DNA of 64,000 nucleotides from Mobula hypostoma (GCF_963921235.1 NC_086106.1:107694001-107758000), one strand, 5' to 3'; numbered from the stretch's first letter, positions 12,091-27,077 are shown. Numbers and translations are program-made. Notes: a model not told the origin generated them from the sequence alone.

Positions 12091-12859
12091 TGGTGAGGAG
12101 GGCCTTACCAGTAATGGACCGGACAAAAATGCAGACCCTGCAAGATGACTGGTGGCCTTTGACAATCTCTGTGAACTACACAATGTTGTATGCTGCCTGG
12201 ATGCTAAATCATTTAAAGAAGAAGTACAAAGACAATCGGGAATGAAGGACTAAGTAGAAGTGGCAGGTTGGCCATAATCACATTGAATGGTGGAGTAGTT
12301 GGGTGACCTAGACCTGTCTCTTATGTTCTTATAATGAAGTTGTAGAGGGAGCTGGTGCTGAGATGGCAAAAGGAAACCATGATACAGTATTTGACTACAG
12401 TTCCATACTAAAGTTAGAAACTAATGGAAATATTTAGCTGTTGTGGAGCATCCGTGGAGAAAAAAAGTTAATGTCCAATCTATGATGTAATCAGAACTGA
12501 ACCTTAGTCTGAATCATAAATTCAATTAGTTTTTTTCCACAGATACTACCTGAGCTGCTGAATATCTCCAGAATTTCCTGCTTTTACTTCAGAGTTTCAT
12601 TATTTGCATGTTTTAGTTTTCTCATTTCCATGTATCTTCACTTTGGTTACAAAGACACAGGGCGATCATTCAAGATAAGAAAGCAGAAATAAGAGAAATT
12701 ATAGAGCCTATCCTGTCCATGAATGCTAAAATTGTGGGGTGGGGGGAGGGGGGAGGTTTGCTTGAGGAGAATTGCAACCTTAAGACTGATTCAGGGACAC
12801 ACAAGATGGAGAGAACACCAAACACTCCCCACATTGTCTGTCAAAGCAATCTATTGACA

Positions 12860-13385
12860 AACACCAACTCATTCAGAATGCTGCTGCTGGACTTTTAACC
12901 AAAACCAGAATGAGGGAACATTCCATACCAGCTCCTCTGCATTGACTTCCAGTATCGTTTAGAATCAATTTTAAAGATCTCTTACTTGTATCTATAGTTC
13001 TTAATGGTCTGGGACCAGATTACATCACAGAACCATTTTTGTTTTATAATCCTGCTCAAGTTCTCAGGTCTTCTTCCGTCGATCTCTTAAATTTAAACAA
13101 CCTCACTGAAAGATAATTGGCAGGTCAGCTATTTGAACTACACTTTTAAACTATGGAAATCAATACATAAAACTATAAGGGATGCAGATTCAGTTGACAC
13201 TTTTAAACACCAGCTCAAAACCTATTAATACCTTGCTTTTAACTAACATAATTTTGTCTTTTATTTTCATGTTTATCTTTTATTTTATTTTCATGTTTGT
13301 ACTTTTATCCCTCCGTAAAGCACTTAGAACTATGTCATCTGCATGAACAGTGCTCTATAAATAAAGTTATTCTTCTTATTATTAT
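12860..13385 (+). mobile_element. L2 LINE 3' fragment
   Basis: QLIQNAAAGLLTKTRMREH..LH*LPVSFRINFK..LNGLGPDYI. Ends AATAAAG followed by a (TTA)n-like tail. Confidence 0.8.
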
Positions 13386-14201
13386 CTGCTTGAGTCCTTT
13401 GGCATCTTAATTCTATTAGCCTCTTCAGTCGACTGATCATGTTGTCAATACTAGTCCTCTTCCTGAGATGCTGTGAGGCCTTAAAAGCAAAGCTGTGAAT
13501 CACCATGTAAAATAAATGGCAATAGAAAAATCAATTCTAGAACTCTCCAAGCCAATATGATGTAAATAAACCATTCTACCCCATCAAAACAAGCCACCTC
13601 ATAAAGACAAATTTTTCCATATTTGAAAAAGCAGTAATTTTATTTTTATCATAGCAAAGGCATTATACTTATTATACTGGACTTGATTTATATCATAGCA
13701 GCAAACAAATTCAAAGTCTTAGCCAACATTTTTTCTTGAAGATAATATGGGCCAAATTTCCTCCTGAGATTGAGGAGAGATCAGTATTGGACGCCTTCTG
13801 GCTGCTGTTTCTGTCTGGTAGCCAGTAGGCTCCAGCACTGATAATTGTTATTGCAGTCCTAGCCTCTTGAGCCTGCATTGCCACATATTTAATACAAGCC
13901 AAAGTGTGCACTTGGATTCATAGGCCTTGGTTATTGACCTAAATCTGCTGATATGAATTGGCTTATCTCAGATCAAGCAGAGAACATTTTGTGTGCAGTG
14001 TTCTAATGTATGTCAAGGTTCAGTAGAATGAAGAAGTTATTCCCAGTTTGAAGTGTTAACTACTTAGTTCCTTCCGATTTTTAATGAACTGATGTATACT
14101 TGCTTCCGGCTAGTGGTTCCATAGAATATTGATGGTAGTGTCCTCCCATGAGTCAGTTCATCCGTGAATTCCATAACTTCACATTCAGTTTGTAGACTCA
14201 C

Positions 14202-17086
14202 CATAGAACCATAACCATAGAAACTACAGCACAGAAACAGGCCTTTTGGCCCTTCTTGGCTGTGCCGAACCATTTTCTGCCTAGTCCCACTGACCTGCAC
14301 ACGGACCATATCCCTCCATACACCTCTCATCCATGCATCTGGCCAATTTATTCTTAAATGTTAAAAAAGAACCGCATTTACCACCTTGTCTGGCAGCTCT
14401 TTCCATACTCCCACCACTCTCTGTGTGAAGAAGCCCCCACTAATGTTCCCTTTAAACTTTTCCCCCCTCACCCTTAACCCATGTCCTCTGGTTTTTTTCT
14501 CCCCTTGCCTCAGTGGAAAACGCCTGCTTACATTCACTCTATCTATACCCATCATAATTTTATATACCTCTATCAAATCTCCCCTCATTCTTCTACGCTC
14601 CAGGGAATAAAGTCCTAACCTATTCAACCTTTCTCTGTAACTGAGTTTCTCAAGTCCCGGCAACATCCTTGTAAACCTTCTCTGCACTCTTTCAACCTTA
14701 TTCATATCCTTCCTGTAATTTGGTGACCAAAACTGAACACAATACTCCAGATTCGGCCTCACCAATGCCTTATACAACCTCATCATAACATTCCAGCTCT
14801 TATACTCAATACTTTGATTAATAAAGGCCAATGTACCAAAAGCTCTCTTTACGACCCTATCTACCTGTGACGACACTTTTAGGGAATTTTGTATCTGTTT
14901 TCCCAGATCCCTCTGTTCCACTGCACTCCTCAGTGCCTTACCACTAACCCTGTATGTTCTACGTTGGTTTGTCCTTCCAACGTGCAATACCTCACACTTG
15001 TCAGTATTAAACTCCATCTGCCATTTTTCAGCCCATTTTTCTAGCTGGTTCAAGTCCCTCTGCAGGCTCTGAAAACCTTCCTCACTGTCTACTACACCTC
15101 CAATCTTTGTATCATCAGCAAACTTGCTGATCCAATTTACCACATTATCATCCAGACATTGATATAGATGACAAATAACAATACACCCAGCGCTGATCTC
15201 TGTGGCACACCACTAGTCACAGGCCTCCACTCAGAGAAGCAATTCTCTACCACCACTCTCTGGCTTCTTCCATCGAGCCAATGTCTAATCCAATTTACCA
15301 CCTCTCCATGTATACCTAGTGACTGAATTTTCCTAACTAAACTCTCATGCGGGACCTTGTCAAAGGCCTTACTGAAGTCCATGTAGACAATATCCACTGC
15401 CTTCCCTTCATCCACTTTCCCGGTAACCTCCTCGAAAAACTCCAACAGATTGGTCAAACATGGCCTACCATGCACAAAGCCATGTTGACTCTCCCTAATA
15501 AGCCCCTGTCTATCCAAATGCTTGTAGATTCTGTCTCTTAGTACTCCCTCCAATAACTTACCTACTACTGATGTTAAACTCACCGGCCTATAATTTCCTG
15601 GATTACTTTTCGATCCTTTTTTAAACAACGGAACAACATAAGCCACTCTCCAATCCTCCGGCACTTCACCCGTAGACAGCGACATTTTAAATATTTCTGC
15701 CAGGGCCCCCGCAATTTCAACACTAGTCTCCTTCAAGGTCCGAGGGAACACTCTGTCAGGTCCCGGAAATTTATCTACTTTAATTTTCCTCAAGACAGCA
15801 AGCACCTCCTCCTTTTCAATCTGTACAGTTTCCATGGTCTCACTACTTGATTTTTTCAATTCCATAGATTTCATGCCAGCTTCCTTAGTAAATACAGACG
15901 CAGAAAACCTATTTAAGATCTCCCCCATTTCCTTTGGTTCCGCACAAAGCCAACCACTCTGATCTTCAAGAGGACCAATTTTATGCCTTACAATCCTTTT
16001 GCTCTTAATATACTTGTAAACGTTCTTTGGATTATCCTTCACTTTGACTGCCAAGGCAACCTTATGTCTTCTTTTTGCCCTCCTGATTTCTTTCTTAAGT
16101 ATTTTCTTGCACTTCTTATACTCCTCAAGCACCTGATTTACCCCCTGTTTCCTATACATTTCATACAACTCCCTCTTCTTCTTTATCAGAGTTGCAATAT
16201 CCCTTGAGAACCAAGGTTCCTTATTCCTATTCAATTTGCCTTTAATTCTGACAGGAACATACAAACTCTGCACTCTCAAAATTTCCCCTTTGAAGGCTTC
16301 CCACCTACCAATCACATCTTTGCCAGAGAACAACCAGTCCCAATCCACGCTTTTTAGATCCTTTCTCATTTCTTCAAATTTGGCCTTCTTCCAGTTCAGA
16401 ACCTCGACCCTAGGACCAGATCTATCCTTGTCCATGATCAAATTGAAACTAATGGTGTTATGATCACTGGAACCAAAGTGCTCCCCTACACAGACTTCTG
16501 TCACTTGCCCTAATTCGTTTCCTAACAGGAGATCCAATATTGCATCCCCTCTAGTTGGTCCCTCTATATACTGATTTAGAAAACTTTCCTGAACACATTT
16601 TACAAACTCTAAACCATCTAGAACCCTAACAGTATGGGAGTCCCAATCAATGTATGGAAAATTAAAATCCCCTACCACCACAACTTTATGTTTCCTGCAG
16701 TTGCCTGCTATCTCTCTGCAGATTTGCTCCTCCAAGTCTCGTTGACTATTGGGTGGTCTGTAATACAATCCCACTAATGTGGCCATACCTTTCCTGTTTC
16801 TCAGCTCTACCCATAAGGACTCAGTAGACAAGCCTTCTAATCTGTCCTGCCTGAGCACTGCTGTAATATTTTCCCTAACAAGCAATGCTACTCCCCCACC
16901 TTTCATTCCTCTGCTCGATCACATCTGAAATATCGGAACCCTGGAATATTAAGCTGCCAGTCCTGCCCCTCCTGTAGCCAAGTTTCACTAATTGCTACAA
17001 CATCATAATTCCACGTGTCAATCCACGCCCTCAACTCATCCGCCTTCCCCGCAATACTCCTAGCATTGAGATATATACACCTCAGA
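14202..17086 (-). mobile_element. CR1 LINE, 5'-truncated, nearly complete ORF2 (young)
   Basis: APE and RT domains, a CR1 3' UTR with TTCTATGG-type repeats, and a 6-bp TSD ACTCAC (14196-14201 / 17087-17092). Confidence 0.95.
14361..16906 (-). pseudogene. CR1 ORF2 (AP endonuclease-reverse transcriptase), frameshifted
   Basis: 589-aa and 260-aa ORFs with GGGVALL, YYRPP, GDFN, SDHN, YRPVSLTS, DFSKAFDKV and FADD. A 1-nt deletion near 15157 breaks the frame, and QGS is changed to QRS. Confidence 0.92.
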
Positions 17087-17202
17087 ACTCACTGAACCAA
17101 CTGAACCATACAGTTGATCTAGACTAAAACAGTGGGTGCCATTAAGTGCCATTTAACTTTTAAAGTACAGTATGTTTTTATTTTCTTAAAGATGAATGTC
17201 TA

Positions 17203-17907
17203 CATGATCTGGTAATTGGGACATATTGGGACCGACATGACCGAGCAGACTCGATGGGCCAGATGGCCTAATTCTGCTCCTATGCCTTATGGCCTTATAT
17301 ATTTTGGCCCAATTAAACAGCTGTCCCAATTAGTCAAAGTTTCAGGAAAATAGATTTTAAAAAGTATATAAAAGACCCACTACTGTTTAACTGAGTAACA
17401 AATTATGTATTTGAATGAAATACAGAACAAATTTGAACACTAACAATACTATTACAGTGCTATATAACAGTGTATTAGTTTCTAATAGTTATCGATGGAG
17501 GAATTCCTCCAGTGTAAGTTGCTGTGTTCTTTTGATTGACTGTAAATGAACAAAATCAGCACAGACACCTAGTGCAGCTAATGGATTGCCTTAATAGCCT
17601 TCCTGTGCAAAGTAGTGTTAAATTTCACTGCTTTCTCATTTGGCGTCTGTTGGCCCAAATGAATAACATAATACTATCACACGCAACTGAAGCTATTTAC
17701 AAACCGCTCACTCTGAGCACAGTGTAATGCCTAGTGGCCACCCAAGAGCATGAAACTGATATTAGTTTGCAATAGTCAAGAGGCATAGTGCCCCGAATTA
17801 ACAAAGGGTATCTTGGCTATTTTCTCTATTAGATTTTGTTCTTTAAGAGTTATCTCAAATAAACGGCTGCCCCGATAAATGATGGCTCAATTAACTGGAA
17901 TTCACTG
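17203..17907. mobile_element. Non-autonomous Tc1/mariner(pogo)-type DNA transposon with a CR1 tail inserted at ~17236-17298
   Basis: TA-flanked ends (ta|ca..tctggtaattggg ... caattaactggaattcactg|ta) and internal ccaattaa repeats. Confidence 0.55.
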
Positions 17908-20409
17908 TATCTCTAGCTATCAGGTTCATTTGAAAATAGCTGTAGAGGCATCTGATGGCAACATCCGGTTCTCCAGATCGTCAGATCCCACGGAGCTGTG
18001 AATATGGGTGTAGCTGTGGGAGAAACATGTGGGGGCTGAATCTAGGCAGCGGCTGGACTGAGCACAATCTTGTCCAAAAATTAAAGTTATTGATTCCTTC
18101 AGGAAAGAGAACTTTATGTCAAACTTCAACAGACGTTCCAGAAAAAATTCAGATTTCTTGCCAGTTTAGTTCAGCCGATAGCATTCCCAGTTCAAAAATT
18201 GGATAGTGAGAGACTGTTTTTCAGTGCTATAGAACCAAGAATTAACAACTTTCAGAGAAATTTATTAAAAAAAAACATTTAATTTCCGAGAGTTCAGTGG
18301 AAGGGGAAAATTAGCCTGATACTTCCAGTTATTTTCTGCATCAGTGACATCAGTCGTCTGACATGAAGCATTATCAATTGCCACACAACGCTCATGTAGG
18401 TGTATTGGGTCACATTTTTCCTTTTGGAAGACCAGCTGGCCAGCTACATGGAAAAATATTTTCAAATGCTTTATTCACTGGGATGTGTTAAAGAGCCACA
18501 CTCATTTTTGACATTGTCTTCTGCATTGTGCAGCATGTGGTAGCAAAGGCTCTCGATGCTGACTCATCTGCAAGACCCACTGGCATTCTGTACTTAGCAC
18601 CCCTTTGTCTAGCCTGCCTCTGCTGAGGTTGCTGAATAATTATGAACTTAGATCCAGGAAAGGAGAGGAAGCACAAACCTTGCCTTCCAAACAGCCTTCA
18701 TGGGATCACAGTCCTGGGGTCGGAGGTCACCGTGTCTCAGGATTGGAAGCCTGATTCTGCAAATCTGGGACCACAGTTTGGAGGCCAGAGACCTGGAGAT
18801 GGCCCTACTTGGGGATGGAGGCCCATTGGTGTGTGTGGATGGGGGTGGAGGTTAGAAAGGAGCTTGTTTTGTTGTTATCACTTGCTGTATCTTGGTTGCG
18901 TGTTGTTCTGCTGAGCATCGTGGGTACTATGTTGGTGCCGGAATGTGTGGTGCCACTTGTGGGCTGCCCCCAGCACAGCCTTAGGTTCTGCTGGTTGTTA
19001 AACAAATGACACACTTCACAGTATGTTTCAATGTACATATGCAATAAATAAATCTAAATCTACACTCCCTCTCTAAAGAGCAATGTCTTTTACAAGAGCA
19101 TTTTTTCGTCTGGCAGTGGTGACAGTGATTTAGTAAACTTCTACAACAGATCTATAGTCAAGTTCACTGTCACCTTAAACAGCTTAACTTCTGCATCTTT
19201 CACTTCCAAAACCCTTTACTCTTACTAATACTGAAATCTACAGCTAGTTTGCACTAACAACCAAGCACCTAGTGAGCATCAAGCAGAGTAATCCCCTTTG
19301 TCCCATCCCCTGGCCCTTTCACCTTTGCCCCCTCCCCACTCCACTCAATTAATTTTCTTCCAGTATCTATCCCATTCTCTTTTTATAATTTGTGACTCAC
19401 TGTTGTTTGTACTGCTCTTGAAGGCAGTGAATGTCAGATCATAATCCCCTCAAAATTCACTGACCATTCAGAATATCTTGATTTCTTCATCTCCATGAAA
19501 TTATCATTTATATTTAACTCTCTGAAACTCTCTGACTAATGGCCTTGGCCAAGCATGGCCGAATAGTTCATGCTTCCTCTAAGTGGGACAAAGAAATCTG
19601 CAAAAGGCTTGGAAGAAATTACATGGACCAGCAGTGTTAAAACTCTGTGACACAGGTCAGCTTTCACACAGCTGCAAGATTACTCACATTAACCCAGCAG
19701 TAATCAATCTCATTGCTAAAGGATGATAGTAAGGAGTAAAATACAGTCTTTTGCCAACTGAGATCAACCAGAGCTGCTGAGATAATGCCCGAGACCTCCA
19801 AGCACCTAAAATTTCCTTCATCCTTCACTGTGTCTCGGGATTTGAAAACTTGTAAACTGTTTTTTACCTCTCCATAGAAGTTGCCAGACCTGCTGAATTC
19901 CTCCAGTATTTTGTGTTTGGATTTCCAGAATCTGGAGAATCTCTTGCATTTGACACTGTTTTTTATTTGTTTTGTTTTTTCCTCATTCTTCCATGCTGCT
20001 TGACTTCTCTTGCGTTATGGTAGATGGATTGGGCAATGCTCCAAGCATTTTGACATGTGTCCCATTTGATGTATGCTCCTCAATTGTCCAACCACTGCAC
20101 CACTGATATGGAAGCTTCCTTCTGGGGAGCTGGAATACTAGTTTCCCCATTGTTCATCTGAACAGAATCCTGTACCAGAAAGTATTTGTCCATGTGAAAT
20201 GCATGCTCCTGGACTACTTTGCCCAATCGTAGCCATTGCCCAAGCATGTGTCTTTTTGCTTTAGAGAATAAAAGGTACTGCTTGGGTTTTGGTGTGGACA
20301 AGGATGTTGTGGTTGTCTGAATGACTGGGTTCTTTTGAGACTCTGATAATAAGGGCAAAATGAAGAGCTTGGCAGGGGCAGGGCCTCAGTCACCACAGCG
20401 CCCATCAAC

Positions 20410-22086
20410 AGGACTGAGGATAAACTTACTCAGGCGAGGCTAAACAAAGAAATAAAATAAGCTAAAAGGGTCTATAAAGAGAAAGTAGAAAAGCTCTTCC
20501 AAGAGGGCAAAGCTAGAGATGCCTGGAAAGGTGTCAAAAGAATGGCCAGCCTCCGTAATCACCAGTCTTCATCTTACCTAAGTCGGGAGGAATGTGTAGA
20601 GCTTGCAGAAGGACTGAACAGCTCTGACTGCAGGTTTGATCAGTACGTCTTCACACTGGAGATGGAGGAGCTGACCACCACAAGCAGCACCAATACAGAG
20701 TTTCATCTGAGAGAGGTGGAGAGAGTACTCAGTAAAACACCAGGTCCAGACAACATCAGTGGGCGGCTACTGAAGCTCTGCTGTAGACAACTGTCAGTAG
20801 TTTTCTGTCATCTCTTCAGCTGCTCTCTGTCTGAGCATTCCATAGCAACCATTTGGAAAACCACCATCATATGCCCAATTCCTGCATCATACCTACACAT
20901 ACCTGGAGAGGCCGGGATCATTTGTTAGTATGTTGTTTGTGAATTTCTCCAGTGCACTTAACACCATGCGACCCCATCTTATGGGACACAAACTCCAGCA
21001 AATTAATGTAAAATCCCACCTCATACTCCTCAACCTCTCCTCCCTGACAGACAGATATCAAAAAGTGAGATATAGTAGTTATATGAACAAACATCAACTG
21101 GAGCTCCACAGAGCCTGGTTATTTCACCAGTCTTGTTCACACTGTACGCAGACGACGGCAGAAGCTCACACCCAGGCATGCAGTACATCGAGTACTCAGG
21201 TGACACAGTCACCATTGACACTACCAACCCTGATGACTGCATCAAGCAGGAAATCAATAAATTTGCTGGATGGTGCACAAACAACTATCTGGACCTGAAC
21301 CCCAGTAAAACTAAGGAAATGGTGGTGGACCTTAGAAAACAACAGTACATTGTCCCAACCCTGGAAATAAGCGGCCAGCCGATAGAGCGTGTTGGAGAAT
21401 ACAAGTACCTCGGCACAACTATAGAAAAAAAAAATCGCCTTTAAGGCCAGTGGTGGGTTGATACTCTCCAAGTGCCAACAACGACTATGTTTCCTTAGGA
21501 AGATGCGGAAACTTCAGCCCCAGCCATCGTTTCTCCAGATATATTAAAAATGCTTCGTTGAATCAATATTAACCTACAACACCACGGCACGGTTTGCAGT
21601 AATAAGCACTATCAACCTCACCCCACTCAACAGAATTGTCAGAATAAGTCGTAAAATCATTGGCCAATCACTCAGCAGCATCCTTAAGAGATGGACAATA
21701 AAGAAGGCTCAACAAATGGTAGAGGACATGACACATACACTTCACACATACTACACTCTCATGCCATCTAGACGCCGCTACAGATCCCTGCCCATCAGCA
21801 CCAGAAGAGCCTTATCCAGTTTTGTGCCTTCCTCCATTTGCCTTCTCAACTCCCAATTTTGAATATATAGTATGCATAGCACCTTTGAGAGTAAAAACAG
21901 TTCTATTATGTGTATTTGTATTTTAAATTACATGCATTAATTTTTAGTATTTATTATTTATTGTGAGTATTTTATGTTGTATTTAACCATATATCATGTG
22001 CTGTTGTGTATCTTAAATTCTGTGACGTTGTCCTTACCACTGCACAAATGAAGTTCCTTATGGAAAATAAAGTGAATTGAATTGAA
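20410..22086 (+). mobile_element. Rex1/Babar LINE, internally deleted and decayed
   Basis: KTPGPDNISGRLLK, LFVNFSSALNT, SPVLFTLYADD, WCTNNYLDLNPSKTKEMVVD, YKYLG and MPSRRRYRS. Ends AATAAAG(TGAAT)n. Confidence 0.85.
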
Positions 22087-23027
22087 GAGGAATTGAATTA
22101 GTTAAAGTTGTGAACTGAGTAGATCAACACTTTAGATAGCAGTGGGCAGGCCAAATGTGGCTGCATTTTGCCTTAGGATTATGATTGAATCTTGAGTCCA
22201 GGGTGTATCAGCAGTTTTGGAGACAGGTTCATCATGATGTGGTCCATTGAGAAGCTCTTTTTGCAGTTTCAAAAACAACCAACAGAACCCTCACTTCTAA
22301 TAGTCCAGATTGTTTCTTTGGTATAATACAGAATGAGAGAGCAGCAACTAAAAGGAAGGGGTAAATGGGCATGCATATTCTGGCTGCCCATGGATGAGAT
22401 GTTGGTGACAGCTGCGTAACAATCATAATTGAGTTCCTGGCCACAGACAAGGCTGAAGCAACTGATTATAAATGAACTGTCTTCTCCCTTTTCCTTCATT
22501 CTATAATTTCTCCTGACACTGAATCTTGTAAAGCATAATTATTTCACTTCCTCTTTCTTCACCCTTTCCACAATTCCATCCTTGTCTCCTTCTCCCTTCA
22601 GATATGCAAGAAGAAACCCCCACCAGACAGTTTAGAATACATGATGAATCAATTTCACACTTGCAGCCAACAGCTCAAATATTGACACTGGACAAAGTAC
22701 AAGTCATCGAGCATCTATTCTGGAACTCTGGCAAGGACAGAAAGAGAGGATGGGTGTCAGCATACCAGAGTGAACACTACTCCTGTGGCAGAGGACACAG
22801 GTGATGATTTTGACCGACTACAGAAGAAGGTGGAAGGGTGGACGGGCTATAACATTTGGTGCACTGTAAAACTGCCCAAAAGCTCCACTCAGTGTCAAGA
22901 AGACCAGCTTTTGCTGAGCATAACCGTTGGAGTCCACCTTTTCCAATATAAAACGGGTGACCAGCTTCTGAAGCACCTCTGTGGCTGATGAAGTAGGTCA
23001 GCTCTTTCAATGAAGTAGGTCAGCTCT

Positions 23028-24042
23028 TCTGACATGTCTGTACATGGCCTCCTCTACTGCCATGATGAGCCCAAACTCAGGCTGGAGGAACAACACCTCA
23101 TGTTCTGCTGCTGCCGGTAAGGAGTTTGTATGTTCTCCCTGTGACCACCCGGGTTTTCTCTCACAGTCCAAAGGAGTACAGGTTGGTAGGTTAATTGGTT
23201 ATTGTATATTGTCCTGTGATTAAGTCAGGATTAAATCAGGGGATGGCTGGGTGGCGCAGTTTGAAAGGTCAGAAGGGCCTATTTCATGCTGTATCGCTAA
23301 ATAAATAAAAATAAATAAATTCAGCTTGCGTAGTCTTCAATCTGATGGCACGAACATTGATTTCTCTAACTTCTGGTAATTTCCAACACCCCGCCTCTCT
23401 TTTTTTCCATTCCCCATTCTAGTTACCCTTTCACCTCACCCCTGCTCATGACCTCCCTCTCATTTCATTCTCCTTCCCTTTCTTCCATGATCCACTAGCA
23501 TTTCCTATTAGATAGTTAGCGTGACACTATTCAGCTTGGGGTGTTGGAGACTGGAGTCCACTTCTGCTGTTCTTTGAAAGAAAGTCTGTACGTTCTTGCC
23601 GTGTATGCATGGCTTTCCTCTGGGTGTTCTGGTTTCCTCCCACAGTCCAAATACTTATTGGTTAGTAGGTTAATTGGTTATTGTAAATTGTCCTGTGATT
23701 AAGCTAGGGTTAAATATAAGGGTCACTGGGCAGTGCAGCTCAAAGTGCTTGTTCGGTGCTATATCTCTAAATAAAATAAATAATTTCCTTCTTCATCGGC
23801 CTTTTCCTCATCCACATATCACCTCCGATCTTCTTACTTCATCTCCTCCACCCTCACCCACTCACCTTCTCCCTCACCTGGTCTCACATAACCTGCAGGC
23901 TTATATTCCTTCCCCCCTCCCACCCTGCCTTCTGCCCCTTCCTTTCCAGTTCAGATGAAGGGTCTCAGCCCCAAAAGTTGATTATTTCCCTCCATAGACG
24001 CTTCCTGATTTGCTGGTTCCTCCATTCTTTTGTGTGTGTTAC
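23028..24042 (+). mobile_element. Penelope-like 3' fragment interrupted by two HE1 SINEs (~23109-23321, ~23513-23785)
   Basis: ctcaggctggaggaacaacacctc (LRLEEQHL) resumes after each SINE. There is a degenerate hammerhead at ~23947-23983. Confidence 0.75.
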
Positions 24043-27000
24043 TCCTGATGCTAGTTTAGAAAGGGGCTTAGGAGCATTCATCTATTCCTTCCCTAATAGA
24101 CTGGCCCTCTAAACACCTGCTATGATTATGACCTTCCACTTCCCCTTCACCTTGTTCCTCTGCTAGCAGGTTGTTCCGTTCTGTGCAGCTCTTGCTTATC
24201 CTCCCAGTCACACTTCATCTGAGATGAAGGGCCAACAGGTCTGAGAGCAACTATTCTTTTTTTTTTGAAGAATTTAATTTGCTAACAAAGTCATTCTGCA
24301 CCTGGCACACCATTTCCTACAGAAAAATGGCACTTCAACCAATTGTAGAAAACAGTCAAAAAGCTTGCAAATATGTAGCAGCAGCCAGGAAAAATTGTCC
24401 AGCAACTGACCTGTAAATGGCAGCTGATCTCTTTAAACAATGTGGTTCATGCTTTTGTTCAATGCCATGAGTTTAAGGCATGTTGTAGGCAGGACAATAA
24501 AGTTATTGGCCTCAAAATAGCTGCAGACTTAACATCATGACTGGGGACTAGCTTGCTCTTTGGACATTAACAAATGCACATACAGTATTCCCTTTACAAA
24601 TACAACAGTTTGGACATTTAAGGGATTTTGTAATGCCCCAAAAATGATGTAGTTATTGAAATCATAGCTCCATTATGCTTTTATTCATTGGCCAATGTAA
24701 TGATCTTATACATAGCATTCTCATTTCTAAGAAGCTGTGGGCAGGGTTCAGCCCCTACCACAACATTAAAATAGAACAGTCATGTGTTGACACCAAAGAA
24801 TTTTAAGTGCACATAAAATGTATTGGATTGGCCAGCTATTCAATTGGTATAAAGGTAGCTGGAGCATTAAAGAAGTTAGAACCTGGAAGAAAGTTTATTT
24901 GTCTGATAATCTTTCCAATAATTTCCATTGCTCTTGAAGGAAAAGGTGTGAACCAATCAATATGATAGAATACACAGTTAAGTATACTCATCAAGGTTTC
25001 AGCTGAGTAATTTTGTTTGTGTATATTAAAGGAGAGTTGGTGCATTCCAGATCAACATGGTTCAATAAGCATTTTGCCCCAGAGACTGAAGCCAACATTT
25101 TGACTCAGCTCAAAGCACAACCTGACCTTGAAAATGTCTGGCTCTTCCACCATAAGTGATGACATCACCAAAGAGTCAAAGACATATTCCTGGCAGCCGA
25201 GTCACAGCTTGTTTCTATGAAAACAAGTTAATGACTCGAGTGTTACCTCTGAAAGTTATTTCAGTTCTTTATTTAAACTGCATGCATTAATTTAAAGTTG
25301 GTGGTATCAGGGCAATAATTTCAGTGAATGGCTGCAAAACAAGTTAAATCTGATAAAATTTAGTTTAATTTGAAACTGTTTCTAAAATAAGACATTACAG
25401 AATGGTATTTGTTATCCCTATTAAATTTGTATATTTTAAAGTAGTAATTCTAGAAATTAGTATTAGACTTTTTACCAATTTGTTATGAAAAGCTATATAC
25501 TGGCAGAAAATGCAAAGATGTTCTCATACTTTGTGCCATAGAAAACAGGACAATTTTGCTGCCTGTGATTAAAGCCTTGGCTTATTCCCGACTCTGGGCT
25601 TGTTGTCAGGAAAATGACAGTCTATAAAAACCATACATTTCCCTAAAAGGTGTGGCTTTGAATATCTCCTAATAAGCTGCTAAATAATAATAATAAAATA
25701 AAAGCACTCCAAGTCAGTTATTTTGGCATCTAGCTTAAAGAGCAGTGGATAAGGAAGATTTCAAGAAAATTCAACCCTTTATTGTTTGACTAGATTAAGA
25801 TGTCATTGAATAAAGTTCCAGGGGACAAAGCATCCTACTTTCTTGAATTTCTCTTGTTCTATGCCGAATAGTTGTTTACTTCAGAAACTTAAGTTATTGC
25901 AGGGGACAAACAATTCACAGTCCTTGCCTCCTACCACACTTTCTGTGTAATTGTGGTCAGGTGAATGTGCATTAGTAATGGATGATAACAACAATAAATT
26001 TAGCTTAGATATCCTTAAGCACTAAAAGGCGGTTGAAATTTTGGCTAATTTAGAATGATTGTAGGCTGAGGTTGATCTCTATACTTCATGAGGACCACTT
26101 ACCCATACATCTGGCACCAGTGTACCTCGAAAGGCAGGATCCTAGAGAAATGTGGTAAGAATGTAAGGTTGTTCTCTCTTCTCACATTCAGCTTTGCAGT
26201 GATAGCATGCCTTTGCTTAAGTTTGCTGATTACTTAGTGGAGCCTTTTATTATCTGCACTTGTTGAACCTTTGGCTATTGACCTATTGCTCATTGTTGGC
26301 ATCTTACCCCATATATTAAGCTATGGCCCGTGGTTCCTGATTCCCACTGAACCCCTGATGCGGTAAGTATACTCCCTAAATTCAGTCCTGTCAAAATACT
26401 GCATTAATGATCTCTTGTTCTTCTGACCTCTAGCGAATAAAGGTTTAGCCAGTTCAGTTTGTCTTCATATAAAATATTTTTTTACATAACCTCTTTGATA
26501 AATATATCCTTTCCTAGGTAAAGAGAGCAGAATGCTCACAATACTTCATGTAGTTTCACCAAGTCTCTATATAAGTATCGGAAGATATCCTTGGTCTTTT
26601 ATCAGAACCTCTTGCCAATAAAGCCCAACAAACCCTGCATTCTTAATTGTTTGCTGTACTTGTATGCTTACTTTTGATCATTGGTATAAAAGAGCAACCA
26701 GATTATCAACATTTCCTGATCTATCACCAGTTAAATAATATTCTGCTTTTGTTCCTACAAAAGTGGGCCAATTCATATTTATTCAACTTAACTTGCAACT
26801 TCCTTCTGATTACTGTTGAGATGTTAAATTGGCAATTAGTCTATTTGAACAGAATCATTTTCTTCTCTCAGTGAAACAGGAAACATAATGATTCAACATT
26901 ACATTCTGAAAATTATGGACATTTAATAAACTCTTATAGTACCTGTAAAAAGTATTTTCCCCCTTGGAAGTTTTCATATTTTATTGTTTTACAACATTGA

Positions 27001-27077
27001 ATCACAGTGGATTTAATTTGGCTTTCTTTGACACTGATTGACAGAAAAAAGACTTTCATGTCAAAGTGAAAACAGAT

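Noticed and set aside
24836-24885. Minus-strand acceptor followed by GSNFFNAPATFIPIE*
   Set aside because: It is too short to distinguish from chance.
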